A stretch of 51,482 bases of DNA from Patescibacteria group bacterium (GTDB lineage Bacteria > Patescibacteriota > Microgenomatia > Woykebacterales > RBG-16-39-9b), in NCBI GenBank assembly GCA_022574495.1, contig JACZRW010000002.1:1-51482 (forward strand). The letters run 5' to 3'. Shown in pieces: positions 11,615 through 21,152 of the stretch. The position numbers were made by a program, and so were the translations under genes. The first letter of the stretch is position 1. Each line of letters opens with the position of its first letter. The notes under the pieces are model-generated. The model was not told the origin of the DNA. It searched no databases and saw nothing but the letters and a program-made list of their open reading frames with translations.

Positions 11615-12394
11615 TTATTTATCTCTCCTTTTGATTGATTTTGCAAGCCCTTTTTTATCAGTCTCGATTAAAACGGATCGAAAAACCTTTGGCCCATCCT
11701 CCACCCATTCAAATTTTGATGGTCCAGGATTTTTTTGTTTTGAAATAATAACGCTTGGTTCAACTCCAAGAACAGAATGTAATGCTCCAGACATTCCAAT
11801 ATCTGTTACAAGAGCCGTTCCTTTAGGTAAAATCCAGGCATCCGCAGTTGGTATATGCGTATGAGTACCAACTACTGCAGACACTCTTCCATCTAAAAAC
11901 CAAGCTAACGCGTTTTTTTCACTAGTAGCCTCTGCATGGAAATCAACCACTATTGCATCAGGTTTTTCTTTTTCTACCTGGTCTAGAAGAATTGTATCAA
12001 TAACGCGGTATGGCTCATCAACCGGCTCATCTATCCACTGCCTACCTATCAGATTAATTACCATTAGCTTTTGCTTACCAACGTTTGCAAAGGTAAATCC
12101 AAACCCAGGAGAATCCCCAGGATAGTTTGCAGGTCTTATCACTGTTGGATCGCTATTTAGAACATCAGTAAACTCAGTTCTAAACCAAATATGATTCCCT
12201 GAAGTAAAAATATCTACACCAGCTTCACGTATCTCTTCTACTTTTTCTTTTGTTGCACCCTTACCGTGTGTTAAATTCTCAATATTAGCAACACATATAT
12301 CTACTTTCTCTTTTTTTATTATATCTGGCAAAACTTCTTTGACTACCTCTCGACCAAGTTTTGCAACAATGTCCCCTATAAATAATATCCGCAT
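11615..12394 (-). CDS. ymdB: YmdB-type metallophosphoesterase (TIGR00282-like)
   Basis: MRILFIGDIV...NIENLTHGKG. It sits directly downstream of rny, as in Firmicutes. Confidence 0.85.
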   Translation of the reverse strand: MRILFIGDIVAKLGREVVKEVLPDIIKKEKVDICVANIENLTHGKGATKEKVEEIREAGVDIFTSGNHIWFRTEFTDVLNSDPTVIRPANYPGDSPGFGFTFANVGKQKLMVINLIGRQWIDEPVDEPYRVIDTILLDQVEKEKPDAIVVDFHAEATSEKNALAWFLDGRVSAVVGTHTHIPTADAWILPKGTALVTDIGMSGALHSVLGVEPSVIISKQKNPGPSKFEWVEDGPKVFRSVLIETDKKGLAKSIKRRDK

Positions 12395-12488
12395 AAGTTT
12401 TGGTTATTAGGCTCCTGGGTGATTGGGTTAATGGGTTCAAAAAGCTAACCAAACAACCTAAGAACCTAGCAATCCAGTAACCAATAAT

Positions 12489-13973
12489 CTACCTGGCAAC
12501 TGATTCTGCTCTTGTTTCTCTAACAACTATAACTCTAATCTGTCCAGGATAGGTTATAGAATCGTGGATTTTATCTGAGACATCATGAGCAAGTTTTGTC
12601 AGATCTGCATCACTTACTTGTTCGGGGATTACAATCACCCGTACTTCTCTACCTGCAGCAATTGCAAAAGATTTTTCAACTCCGCGGAAAGAACTCGCAA
12701 CGTTTTCAATCTCAGTTACTCTTTTTATATATTCATCTATTGATTCATGCCTTGCTCCTGGTCGAGATCCAGAAATAGCATCCGCAATCCAAACAATGAT
12801 GGATTCAACCCCGGAGAACGGTTTGTCTTCGTGATGTTCCTCCACTGCAGCGATAACTTTTTGATCAAACTTAAATTTCTTTAGAAAATCTACACCGACT
12901 TGTACATGGGTCCCTTCTTGCTCAGGGGTAAACACTTTACCAATATCATGAAATAAACAACCAAGTAGAACGATACTTACATCGGCACCCACATCTCTAG
13001 CAATTGCCATACCAATCTTGGTTTCTTCCAAAGTGTGGAGCCAAAGGTTTTGTCCATAGGAATATCGCCACTTAAATCTACCCAAAGTTTCTAAAATCTC
13101 TATAGGCAAATTTGGAGCACCAACTTCATTTGCAAGTTTTTCTCCTTCTTCAAGTCTTATTTTTTCAAACTCCTTTCTTACCCTTGCCACAATTTCTTCA
13201 ATACGGGAGGGCTGAATTCGGCCATCGGCCATCAATTTTTCGAGGGAAACTTTGGCAACTTCTCTTCTCTCTCCATCAAATGACGACAATCGAACTATTC
13301 CTGGATCATCAAGATCAACATCAACTCCAGTTTCTATCTCAAACGCCTTTATATTTCTTCCTTCCTTTCCAATAATTCGACCCTTCATGTCATCATCGGA
13401 AAGTTTCACTGTTGTTGTAGTATATTCAGCCACATGGTCTGTTGCTCCATGCTGCATCGCATCAACTAAAATGTGCTTCGCTTTATCGCTGGATTCCTTT
13501 TTGATTTGATCCTCAGCCTCCCTAATTCTTCTAGCCACCTCATCTTTGAGATGGGATTCAGTGGCATCAATGATTAATTTTTTAGCCTCTTCTCTGGTAA
13601 CTCCAGCAACCTTTTCCAATTTTGCACCTAGTTCTGTTTTGATTTTTTCAACTTCATCTGAATTTTTCTTAAGGCTTTTTTCCTTATCTTCAATATCAGT
13701 TAACTTACTATTGATACTCTCTTCCTTTGAGGAAAGTCTTGCTTCAAGTTTTATTACTTCTTCACGAGTTTTCCTAGATTCTTCATCTGCTTCACGCTTT
13801 ATTTTATAGGCTTCATCTTTGGCCTCAATTATTAATTCTCGAGATTTAGTATCTGTGAAGTCTTTTCTATCAGAAGATTTTTGAGGGGATTTATTTTTAA
13901 CAAAGTTCTGATAGGCTAATCCTAAAACTGCCCCAACTACCAGAGCTCCAATTACAATCAAAGTAGGATCCAT
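12489..13973 (-). CDS. rny: ribonuclease Y
   Basis: N-terminal TM, a long charged coiled coil, a KH domain (IIGKEGRNI) and an HD domain (LFHDIGK). Confidence 0.92.
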   Translation of the reverse strand: MDPTLIVIGALVVGAVLGLAYQNFVKNKSPQKSSDRKDFTDTKSRELIIEAKDEAYKIKREADEESRKTREEVIKLEARLSSKEESINSKLTDIEDKEKSLKKNSDEVEKIKTELGAKLEKVAGVTREEAKKLIIDATESHLKDEVARRIREAEDQIKKESSDKAKHILVDAMQHGATDHVAEYTTTTVKLSDDDMKGRIIGKEGRNIKAFEIETGVDVDLDDPGIVRLSSFDGERREVAKVSLEKLMADGRIQPSRIEEIVARVRKEFEKIRLEEGEKLANEVGAPNLPIEILETLGRFKWRYSYGQNLWLHTLEETKIGMAIARDVGADVSIVLLGCLFHDIGKVFTPEQEGTHVQVGVDFLKKFKFDQKVIAAVEEHHEDKPFSGVESIIVWIADAISGSRPGARHESIDEYIKRVTEIENVASSFRGVEKSFAIAAGREVRVIVIPEQVSDADLTKLAHDVSDKIHDSITYPGQIRVIVVRETRAESVAR

Positions 13974-14106
13974 AATTATTTTTTACCTTAAACCTTTCGT
14001 TATTTAACTGAAAGTACTTAATTAGCATACTTTTCATTTATTATAATAGCTGGCAGGGTCTATTGATTGATATAACAAGAAAGTTTGGTGAACTTTCAAA
14101 CTTATT

Positions 14107-14781
14107 CTACCGCTTTTTAGAAAGTGTGTCAACGACCTTTTTAGTAATATCCCAATCAAATCCGCGTCTAGACAAATACTGCCCCATTTTTATTCTGTAT
14201 TCTCTAATTTCCAATTTTTTATAAGCGCTTAATTTTTTCTTAGCTGCTTTTTCCGCAAGTTCGTATTCTGACAAGGTAGTCAAATTTGTTCCCTGTAAGA
14301 CATCGTCAATAATATCTCTACTTATACCTTTTTGCATAAGTTCTAATTTTATTAATCTATTTCCGCTTAGTTTAAATTTTTTTCTTTGATCTACCCACCA
14401 TATGGCAAATTCATTATCGTTTATAAGATCAAGTTTCTTAAGTTTACTAATAGCTTTTTCAATCGATTTTTCATATTGCACCTTTTCTACATCAGATTTA
14501 TCAATCTCCTTTAATTTTCCTTTTCTAAGTAAATAATCACGAATTTCTTTTCCTGATCTGGGACGGAATGATAAAAATCCTAAAGCTTTATTAAAAAGTC
14601 TCTCAGTTTGATCTAGCTCGACCAAACTACTAATTTGTCCTTCGGTAAGATTTTGTCCGATACTTAATTTTTTCTCAAATCGTATTTCAGCCAATACTCC
14701 AAAAGCAAATTCGCCGGCGACAAAAATATTTACTCTTTTAGGATCCTTTTTTTGTGAAACAATATCGGTAATTCTTCCCAT
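14107..14781 (-). CDS. recX: RecX-family regulatory protein
   Basis: Helical-repeat protein with FRPRSGKEIRDYLLRKG, downstream of recA. An extended -10 TGATATAAT (rc 14791-14799) lies 9 nt before the ATG. Confidence 0.75.
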   Translation of the reverse strand: MGRITDIVSQKKDPKRVNIFVAGEFAFGVLAEIRFEKKLSIGQNLTEGQISSLVELDQTERLFNKALGFLSFRPRSGKEIRDYLLRKGKLKEIDKSDVEKVQYEKSIEKAISKLKKLDLINDNEFAIWWVDQRKKFKLSGNRLIKLELMQKGISRDIIDDVLQGTNLTTLSEYELAEKAAKKKLSAYKKLEIREYRIKMGQYLSRRGFDWDITKKVVDTLSKKR

Positions 14782-14865
14782 TGTAGCTTGATTATATCAC
14801 CATAATTTGGTATAAATTTATCCTATTGAAGAAAGGGGCTGTCTGAAAGCCCACAAACATTTTCT

Positions 14866-15087
14866 GTGAGGCACAACCAACTTCGAGATATTCCGAAGGG
14901 AGGCTACTTAAAACCGCTTAGCGAACTTACCATAGGCCAACGGTTCCGGCTTTACGGAAGCCCTGAGTTTCATTATATAATGGGAGAGGCCAGCGATGGG
15001 GAGATAGAAGTGAGACAAACAACCCAAGTGGGGTTATTTCGAAGGCACTGGCTCTCCTGGAAGGAACTAGACACCCCCTATCAATAA
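14866..15087 (+). CDS. hypothetical 73-aa ORF (GTG start) inside the GC-rich recA-recX spacer; coding status doubtful
   Basis: It is the only ORF of at least 60 aa in the 424-nt spacer. It has no convincing SD and no recognisable family. Confidence 0.25.
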   Translation: MRHNQLRDIPKGGYLKPLSELTIGQRFRLYGSPEFHYIMGEASDGEIEVRQTTQVGLFRRHWLSWKELDTPYQ

Positions 15088-15205
15088 ATTGGAATCTAGA
15101 ACCACTGTCTGTCCCAAAACTTATTGAGTCGGTGCTAATAATACAAGCCCCCGGAAGGAAACTTTTGGCGGCTTCGCTCCTTCTTATCCTGAGCCAGTCG
15201 AAGGG

Positions 15206-16204
15206 TTAGATTGTTTTTTTGGCATAAGCTTCTCTTACTTTTTTCTCAATTTCAGTGTAAATCTTCGGGTTTTCCTCTAAAAATGCTTTCGCTGATTCTC
15301 GCCCTTGAGCGATTTTTTGCTTATTATACTCAAACCAAGACCCAGCTTTGGAAATCACACCAACTTCTACCGCTACATCCACTAGAGACCCTTCTTTTGA
15401 AATCCCTTTATCAAACATAATGTCAAATTCGGCGATTCGAAATGGAGGAGCTACTTTATTTTTCACAATCTTTGCTTTTACCCTATTACCAATATTATTT
15501 GGGCCATCGGTAATAGTCTCTATCCGTCGAATATCAATTCTCACTGATGAGTAAAATTTTAGGGCTCGCCCTCCTGGAGTTACTTCCGGGTTACCAAACA
15601 CCACTCCCACTTTTTCTCGTAATTGGTTTATGAAAATCGCCAAAGTTCTTGATTTTGATATCGCTGAAGAAAGCTTCCTCATCGCTTGGCTCATAAGTCT
15701 TGCCTGAATACCAATAAAAGCATCACCCATTTCTCCTTCTACTTCTGCTCTAGGAACTAAAGCAGCAACAGAATCTACCACTACCACATCCACCGCACCA
15801 CTGCGAATCAAGGTTTCAACTATTTCCAACGCTTGTTCACCGGTGTCTGGTTGAGAGATAAGAAGTTCTTTTATATTCACCCCTATTTTTTCTGCCCGGG
15901 ACGGATCTAGCGCATGCTCTGCATCAATAAATGCTGCCGTTCCTCCTTTTTTTTGCGCTTCGGCAATTACATGAAGAGCAAGAGTAGTCTTTCCTCCACC
16001 CTCAGGACCAAAAATTTCTACCACCCTACCACGGGGAAGTCCTCCTACACCTAAAGCAAGATCTAAACCGATTGACCCGGTGGGGATAGACGAGATATCC
16101 ATCTTTGCCACCGCTTCTCCAAGACGCATAATTGAACCCTTACCAAACTGCTTTTCTATTTCCCCCATAGCTGCTTTTATAGCATCCAACTTTTTACTAT
16201 CCAT
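15206..16204 (-). CDS. recA: recombinase RecA
   Basis: GPEGGGKTT Walker A, then FIDAEHALD... Length is 332 aa. Confidence 0.97.
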   Translation of the reverse strand: MDSKKLDAIKAAMGEIEKQFGKGSIMRLGEAVAKMDISSIPTGSIGLDLALGVGGLPRGRVVEIFGPEGGGKTTLALHVIAEAQKKGGTAAFIDAEHALDPSRAEKIGVNIKELLISQPDTGEQALEIVETLIRSGAVDVVVVDSVAALVPRAEVEGEMGDAFIGIQARLMSQAMRKLSSAISKSRTLAIFINQLREKVGVVFGNPEVTPGGRALKFYSSVRIDIRRIETITDGPNNIGNRVKAKIVKNKVAPPFRIAEFDIMFDKGISKEGSLVDVAVEVGVISKAGSWFEYNKQKIAQGRESAKAFLEENPKIYTEIEKKVREAYAKKTI

Positions 16205-16252
16205 AATAAAAGCACCTCCTTTTCAGGCAGATTTAAATAACAACGTAGCATA

Positions 16253-16281
16253 ACTATAGGAGAAATTTCAAGACCTGTCAA
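16253..16281 (-). promoter_or_regulatory. recA promoter TTGACA-N17-TATAGT
   Basis: rc(16276-16281)=TTGACA and rc(16253-16258)=TATAGT. It is followed by a leader of about 40 nt with an AAAGGAGG SD. Confidence 0.6.
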
Positions 16282-16408
16282 CGTTATTTAAATCAATCTA
16301 AGAAGTTTTTAGCCCGCTTTTAACGGAGGTAAGATAGCTAGCTTCAATTTTTTACAACATAAGTATCAGCTATTTTTAGTCCTGAAAGGACGCAAAATTG
16401 CGGGGTTA

Positions 16409-16816
16409 TTAATTTTTACCCACATATGTTCCCGCAATTTTATCATGCCACCCCTGTTTCTTATCGTCGAAAGCCACCCAAACATATCCTAAGTTGAACA
16501 CTAAACCTGACACTATTTTACCAACTATCTCCCGCAAAAACGACTTACCGTAACCAATATTACTACCAGTTTCATCTATAACCTTTAAACCCATTACCTT
16601 TTTACCTAGTGTAGCTCCTTTAGCAGTAAAATAAATAAAGTAAAAGACTTGTCCTAAATACAATATAACAACCCAAAAGAAGACTGCAGCGGTAAGGACC
16701 GAGATTATTGACAATGATACTGCCTCATTGTTAGACGTAGCCGCACCAATACCTAAAATCACAAATACAAAAAATCCTCCAAATATCAGCACTAAGTAAG
16801 CTGCGGACAATATCAA
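16409..16816 (-). CDS. RDD-family membrane protein (3' portion; the conserved YAGFWERLVALLIDG N-terminal motif lies upstream of this TTG start)
   Basis: GATLGKKVMGLKV...WHDKIAGTYV is typical of RDD proteins. The reading frame stays open up to 16936 with no canonical start; see the frameshift finding. Confidence 0.7.
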   Translation of the reverse strand: MILSAAYLVLIFGGFFVFVILGIGAATSNNEAVSLSIISVLTAAVFFWVVILYLGQVFYFIYFTAKGATLGKKVMGLKVIDETGSNIGYGKSFLREIVGKIVSGLVFNLGYVWVAFDDKKQGWHDKIAGTYVGKN

Positions 16817-16956
16817 TCCATCTATTAATAATGCAACTAATCTCTCCCAAAACCCTGCATATTGAATATTTATCTGCGTAGTTGATGCTGGAACCGCTGA
16901 ACCACTGCTCTGTCCGAGTGTATTATTCGCTGGGGCCTAAAACTTCAGAAGATGGA

Positions 16957-17925
16957 TTAACTGGCTGTTGTATTGGCTGAACCGGCTGCTCCATCTGATC
17001 TTGCTGCATCTGCCCTACCTCCTTTCACTATTTGTGTGTAAGCTAAGCTCCAATAGGAAAACGCGAAGACATTCCAAATTCCGCCAAATATAGAAATTGT
17101 AACCAGGAATAAGATTATAGGAATCAGCACTAACCAAGGGTTTAGAAGAAAAAACACTACACCAACAATAAGAAATACCATCATAGTTATAAAAAACGCA
17201 AACCCCAAAGCAAACCCTAGCGCAATATTTACAAGCCAAACAAGTAAACTCTTACCTAAATTATCCCTTAACAATTCCCATCCAACTTCTATTGATTCTC
17301 TTACTTTTAAATTTCCCTCGATCATTTTCCTAATCCCAAATTCAGAAATAATCCCAACCGCTATTGAGTAAATCATTATACCAAGGACAAAAATAATTAC
17401 ATCGATAATAACGAACGCTAATGCCAAACCATTTTGCCCCACTATAAAAAATAGAAGCGGGGGGATAAGTAGTAACAATATAACTGGGATGAGTACTAAT
17501 CCAAATACAAATCTGAAAAGAAATATTCTCCAGAAAAATTTTTCCCCAATCACCTTTCCTTCCTTAAAAGTGGGAGTCTTTCCTTTTACAATGTTTAAGG
17601 TCTGGGATATTAACGCTGCATAAGCCCAAGTTTGAATATAAATAGCAAAAAATATAATGGTTAAAAATACTATTACCATTAAGGCTATAACTAAAGCTAA
17701 GGTATCTGGGTCTATATACTTTACGAAATCTAGCCCAGTAAAGATTGTATCTTTACGGTCATCCACCATTCCACTTGAGGAACCAAACCCACCAGACATA
17801 TTGAAGGAAAAATTAAAGGCTTGGGGAAAACCGCCAAAAATGGCGGAGATGATGCCAAAAATCCAAAGGACTTTATATTTTAATGTAATATGAAATGATT
17901 CGGATATTAAATGACCAAAATCCAT
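16957..17925 (-). CDS. polytopic membrane protein, unknown function
   Basis: ORF-track 16957..17943, trimmed to the ATG (MDFGHLISESF...). Multiple TM helices. Confidence 0.6.
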   Translation of the reverse strand: MDFGHLISESFHITLKYKVLWIFGIISAIFGGFPQAFNFSFNMSGGFGSSSGMVDDRKDTIFTGLDFVKYIDPDTLALVIALMVIVFLTIIFFAIYIQTWAYAALISQTLNIVKGKTPTFKEGKVIGEKFFWRIFLFRFVFGLVLIPVILLLLIPPLLFFIVGQNGLALAFVIIDVIIFVLGIMIYSIAVGIISEFGIRKMIEGNLKVRESIEVGWELLRDNLGKSLLVWLVNIALGFALGFAFFITMMVFLIVGVVFFLLNPWLVLIPIILFLVTISIFGGIWNVFAFSYWSLAYTQIVKGGRADAARSDGAAGSANTTAS

Positions 17926-18022
17926 ATGAGTACCCTTCACCAAGGTTTCGGGTACCCTCCGAAGCTTTATGCGAAGGAGGGCAGTCTACTAGTCCGCAGG
18001 ACGCAGAGCGCGAAGCGATCTA

Positions 18023-18051
18023 TTGAACAGTACCATAAAAACAGATATAAT
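18023..18051 (+). promoter_or_regulatory. tRNA-Pro promoter TTGAAC-N17-TATAAT
   Basis: Hexamers at 18023-18028 and 18046-18051. The tRNA 5' end lies 11 nt downstream of the -10 box. Confidence 0.65.
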
Positions 18052-18062
18052 TTCAACACTTT

Positions 18063-18137
18063 CGGGGTGTAGCTCAATGGTAGAGCTCAGGGCTGGGGGT
18101 CCTGGTGTCGGAGGTTCGATTCCTCTCACCCCGACCA
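18063..18137 (+). tRNA. tRNA-Pro (anticodon GGG), CCA encoded
   Basis: Hand-folded cloverleaf: acceptor CGGGGTG/CACCCCG, D arm GCTC-AATGGTA-GAGC, anticodon arm CAGGG-CTGGGGG-TCCTG, T arm GGAGG-TTCGATT-CCTCT, discriminator A, then CCA. Confidence 0.9.
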
Positions 18138-18449
18138 AGGAACGGGAGTTCAGTAGTCCAAAGAGCGCAATACGCTTTAGCGGATTATTCTCTCCTCCCC
18201 AACCAAACATTTAATTACTTCTTCACGAGTCGGTGCTCAATAATCCAATAGGTTATTAATCCCAGAACTAGACCCAAAATAAGCTTCCAATATTTTCCAT
18301 TAGTTATTTCTTCTAACCCTGAAAGAATTGCAAACCAGACTCCATACGCTGCAAGAAAAAACCAAGATGCTTATACTTCATATATTAATTATAACCTAAT
18401 TTTAATAAATGGCTGTTATTCTACCACATTGGTGGTAAAATCCAAAGTG

Positions 18450-18854
18450 ATGAAAACTTATGCCTTTAGGCTTCATTCTGGTCAAGACTTGAGGGAAGAG
18501 ATAGATAAATTTGTAAAAGAGAAAAATATTTTAGCTGGTGTTATCGTAACTTGTGTTGGAAGACTAGATAAAGTGGTGCTTAGAATGGCCGGTGCAAAAA
18601 CTACCAAACACATCAAAGGGGTTCTTGAAATTATTTCTCTTGGAGGTACATTAGAATCTGGAAATAGTCACCTTCACATCTCGATTTCTGATGAAGAAGG
18701 AAAGGTGTTTGGTGGCCATTTAAAAATAGGTTCCATGGTGGGCGTGACGGCAGAAGTAGTAATTGGAGAACTAGATGGTGTGAAATTTAGTAGAAAATTT
18801 GATAAAGAAACAGGTTTTGAAGAACTAAATGTAAATGAATATTACGGTAAATAA
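18450..18854 (+). CDS. PPC (DUF296) domain protein
   Basis: MKTYAFRLHSGQDL...GNSHLHISISD pattern. Trimmed to the ATG, which lies 8 nt after TGGTAAAAT (18433-18441). Confidence 0.65.
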   Translation: MKTYAFRLHSGQDLREEIDKFVKEKNILAGVIVTCVGRLDKVVLRMAGAKTTKHIKGVLEIISLGGTLESGNSHLHISISDEEGKVFGGHLKIGSMVGVTAEVVIGELDGVKFSRKFDKETGFEELNVNEYYGK

Positions 18855-18933
18855 AACATTTTACCTGGCAAAAAATGCTTCTTTATATTTTTCCCTACTT
18901 AAGATAAAATTAATGAGTAAATCATTTTGAATC

Positions 18934-19959
18934 ATGGAAGAAGACAACTTAAACCAAACTACCCCTTCACAGCAACAGAAAAGTCAAAATACGTTTCTTA
19001 AAAAGAGTCTATTCAAGAAAGCCGTTTTCTGGATGATACTTTTTGCTTTACTCATAGCTTCTATTGGTGCTTATGTCATTTATCAACAATTGTCTATATT
19101 AGAGCCTAATCAAAATATCGCAGATGAAGATCAAAAACAAGGCCAGCTAGCAACGCGGTGTGAAGGTAATGGAAGACTGCAGAAGGACCAGTTCGGAGCT
19201 AGTACAGATGAACTCGGTGACGCTAATCCCAGTTACCTCGATATAACTTCAGTTGAGCTTTTGTCAACAGAAGGAAAGGATAATATAGAATTAGTCCTAT
19301 CAACCGGTGGTATATTTCCGACTACCAATCAGGTTAAGGCCAGTTACCGGTTCTTGTTTAATTCTGACAACAATAAGGTTACCGGCAAACTAATTAAAGG
19401 GTTTTCAGGTATTGAGAAAGAATTTCGAATTGATGTTACTGGTGATCAATCTGTAGGACCATTATCCGTTTCTGGAACAATCATCGATAAATTATCTGGA
19501 AAGGAGTCTTCTTTACCTGTAAAGCTCAATCACGTATCTCCAAGTGACTTGCCTTCTTATGGACCGGGATTGGAGCAATTTCAAACTAGCATTCCAAAGG
19601 ATCTTCTAGGATTGACGGCAGATGAAGTTCCGGTAGGAATCGTATCTCAAAGTACCGTAGATATTGTGGATACTACTTCTTTAATATTTGATCAAAAAGC
19701 ATCCGAGAAACTCGCAACCCTACATCTTAGTTCGGCATTCTCTAATCAGCCCGTTAACTTTACTATCAAGGGCCTTACTCCAAACGAAAACTTTAACATA
19801 AAAATCGAGGACGAAGTTGTTTTGTCAGCAAATATAGGACAGGATGGTAATTTTAGTGGGAGTTTTATTCTCCCTACTTTAGCGCCTGGTGAGTACTTTG
19901 TCACAGCCCAGGATAATACAGGTAATTTTGCATTTAATGTGATCGAATGTGTACTTTAA
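18934..19959 (+). CDS. hypothetical N-terminally anchored extracytoplasmic protein
   Basis: One TM helix (VFWMILFALLIASIGAYVIY) followed by a beta-rich domain. No family recognised. Confidence 0.6.
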   Translation: MEEDNLNQTTPSQQQKSQNTFLKKSLFKKAVFWMILFALLIASIGAYVIYQQLSILEPNQNIADEDQKQGQLATRCEGNGRLQKDQFGASTDELGDANPSYLDITSVELLSTEGKDNIELVLSTGGIFPTTNQVKASYRFLFNSDNNKVTGKLIKGFSGIEKEFRIDVTGDQSVGPLSVSGTIIDKLSGKESSLPVKLNHVSPSDLPSYGPGLEQFQTSIPKDLLGLTADEVPVGIVSQSTVDIVDTTSLIFDQKASEKLATLHLSSAFSNQPVNFTIKGLTPNENFNIKIEDEVVLSANIGQDGNFSGSFILPTLAPGEYFVTAQDNTGNFAFNVIECVL

Positions 19960-20030
19960 ACACTTAGTTCTATTATTATTTCCTAGAGACGAAGTACCTC
20001 TAATCTAAGATGTTTGATATAATTTAACAA

Positions 20031-20225
20031 ATGTGGGAATGGTTGAAACAAATTGATTTTGTAGCTTTAAAAAGAATTCCAACTTTTGTCTGGGGGTTTT
20101 TATTATTACTTCTTTCTCTCTTTATAGTTCAAATTCCCTTTCAGTTTTTTCGATATCTGGCTATTTTACCTGGAATACTAGGGGCACTTCTTCTATACCA
20201 ATTTATCTTTCACAATAAATATTAA
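20031..20225 (+). CDS. small hypothetical membrane protein (64 aa)
   Basis: Two hydrophobic helices. There is no other support. Confidence 0.35.
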   Translation: MWEWLKQIDFVALKRIPTFVWGFLLLLLSLFIVQIPFQFFRYLAILPGILGALLLYQFIFHNKY

Positions 20226-20238
20226 GGATAAAAGGAAA

Positions 20239-20691
20239 CTAACGCTTTGGACTCTGCTTCATCTTTCTAGCTTTTCCAGCGTGTCCGTATTTGCGCCTTT
20301 CCTTCACACGAGAATCGCGAGTAAGAAGCTTTCTTCTAGAAAGAATAGGACGAAAAGTCTCATCATATGCTACCAAAGCTCTAGATATACCATGGCTTAC
20401 TGCACCTAGTTGTCCTTGTTTTCCACCGCCACGAACTTTTATAGTTCCTGAAAATTGTTCCATACGATTTACCACTCTAAACGGTTCTTCATAGACTTTC
20501 TTCGCTGTTGGTCCAGGAAAGTATTCATCAACCGGCTTTTCATTTATCAGCAAATCGCCTTTTTTTAAAAAAAGCCTCACCCTAGCTAAAGATTCTTTTC
20601 TACCACCCATTCCATAAAAATACTCTTGTGGTTTCTTAGAGACTTCCTTTTTTACCTCTTCTACTTTATCCTCTTTCTTTTTTCTCGGCAT
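20239..20691 (-). CDS. rpsI: 30S ribosomal protein S9
   Basis: GGGKQGQLGAVSHGISRAL and a basic C-terminal tail ending in KR. Confidence 0.95.
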   Translation of the reverse strand: MPRKKKEDKVEEVKKEVSKKPQEYFYGMGGRKESLARVRLFLKKGDLLINEKPVDEYFPGPTAKKVYEEPFRVVNRMEQFSGTIKVRGGGKQGQLGAVSHGISRALVAYDETFRPILSRRKLLTRDSRVKERRKYGHAGKARKMKQSPKR

Positions 20692-21152
20692 TATTTTATC
20701 TCCAGTTCTTGCGGTTTTTGAGCTTCATGAGGGTGCAACTCTTTTGGATAGATGTGAAGTTTCTTTATCATACTTTTCCCTAATTTATTTTTAGGCAACA
20801 TCCCTGCCACAGCATGGTAGATTATATACTCCGGTTTTCTTTGCCTTAATTTTTCTAAGGTAGTTTCTTTCAAGCCACCAGGATAACCAGAGTAGCGATA
20901 ATATTTCTTATCAGACTCCTTATTACCAGTAACAGCCACTTCGGAAGCATTTATTACAACTACAGCATCACCTTTATCCATATATTTTACGAACTCAATC
21001 TTATCCTTACCCATTAAAAGCTTTGCGACTTTTGTACTTAACCGACCTACAATTTTATTTTTTGCATTAATTAAATACCAATTCATGTGACTATCTTTCT
21101 TATTTTCCACTGGTTTTTCTAGATTATTTTTTTGTCTTTCTTTCTTTTCCAT
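20691..21152 (-). CDS. rplM: 50S ribosomal protein L13
   Basis: WYLINAKNKIVGRLSTKVAKLLMGK. The start overlaps the rplQ 3' end. Confidence 0.92.
   Translation of the reverse strand: MEKKERQKNNLEKPVENKKDSHMNWYLINAKNKIVGRLSTKVAKLLMGKDKIEFVKYMDKGDAVVVINASEVAVTGNKESDKKYYRYSGYPGGLKETTLEKLRQRKPEYIIYHAVAGMLPKNKLGKSMIKKLHIYPKELHPHEAQKPQELEIK

Noticed and set aside
12596-13809. Series of plus-strand ORFs (60-87 aa) inside rny, and similar antisense ORFs inside fusA, secY, the rpl/rps genes, recA and the ATPase gene
   Set aside because: They are shadow ORFs antisense to, or out of frame with, confidently identified conserved genes. They are low-complexity with no expression signals.
15088-15205. SRP RNA or tmRNA in the recA-recX spacer (CCCCCGGAAGGAAAC resembles the SRP domain IV GGAA loop)
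   Set aside because: The flanking conserved SRP nucleotides (…AGGUCAGGUCC / AAGCAGCC…) are absent. There is no tRNA-like 3' end or tag ORF for tmRNA.
17989-18214. Two overlapping ORFs (63 and 73 aa) on opposite strands
   Set aside because: Both are built on the tRNA-Pro gene and its GC-rich flanks, so they are artefacts of the RNA gene.
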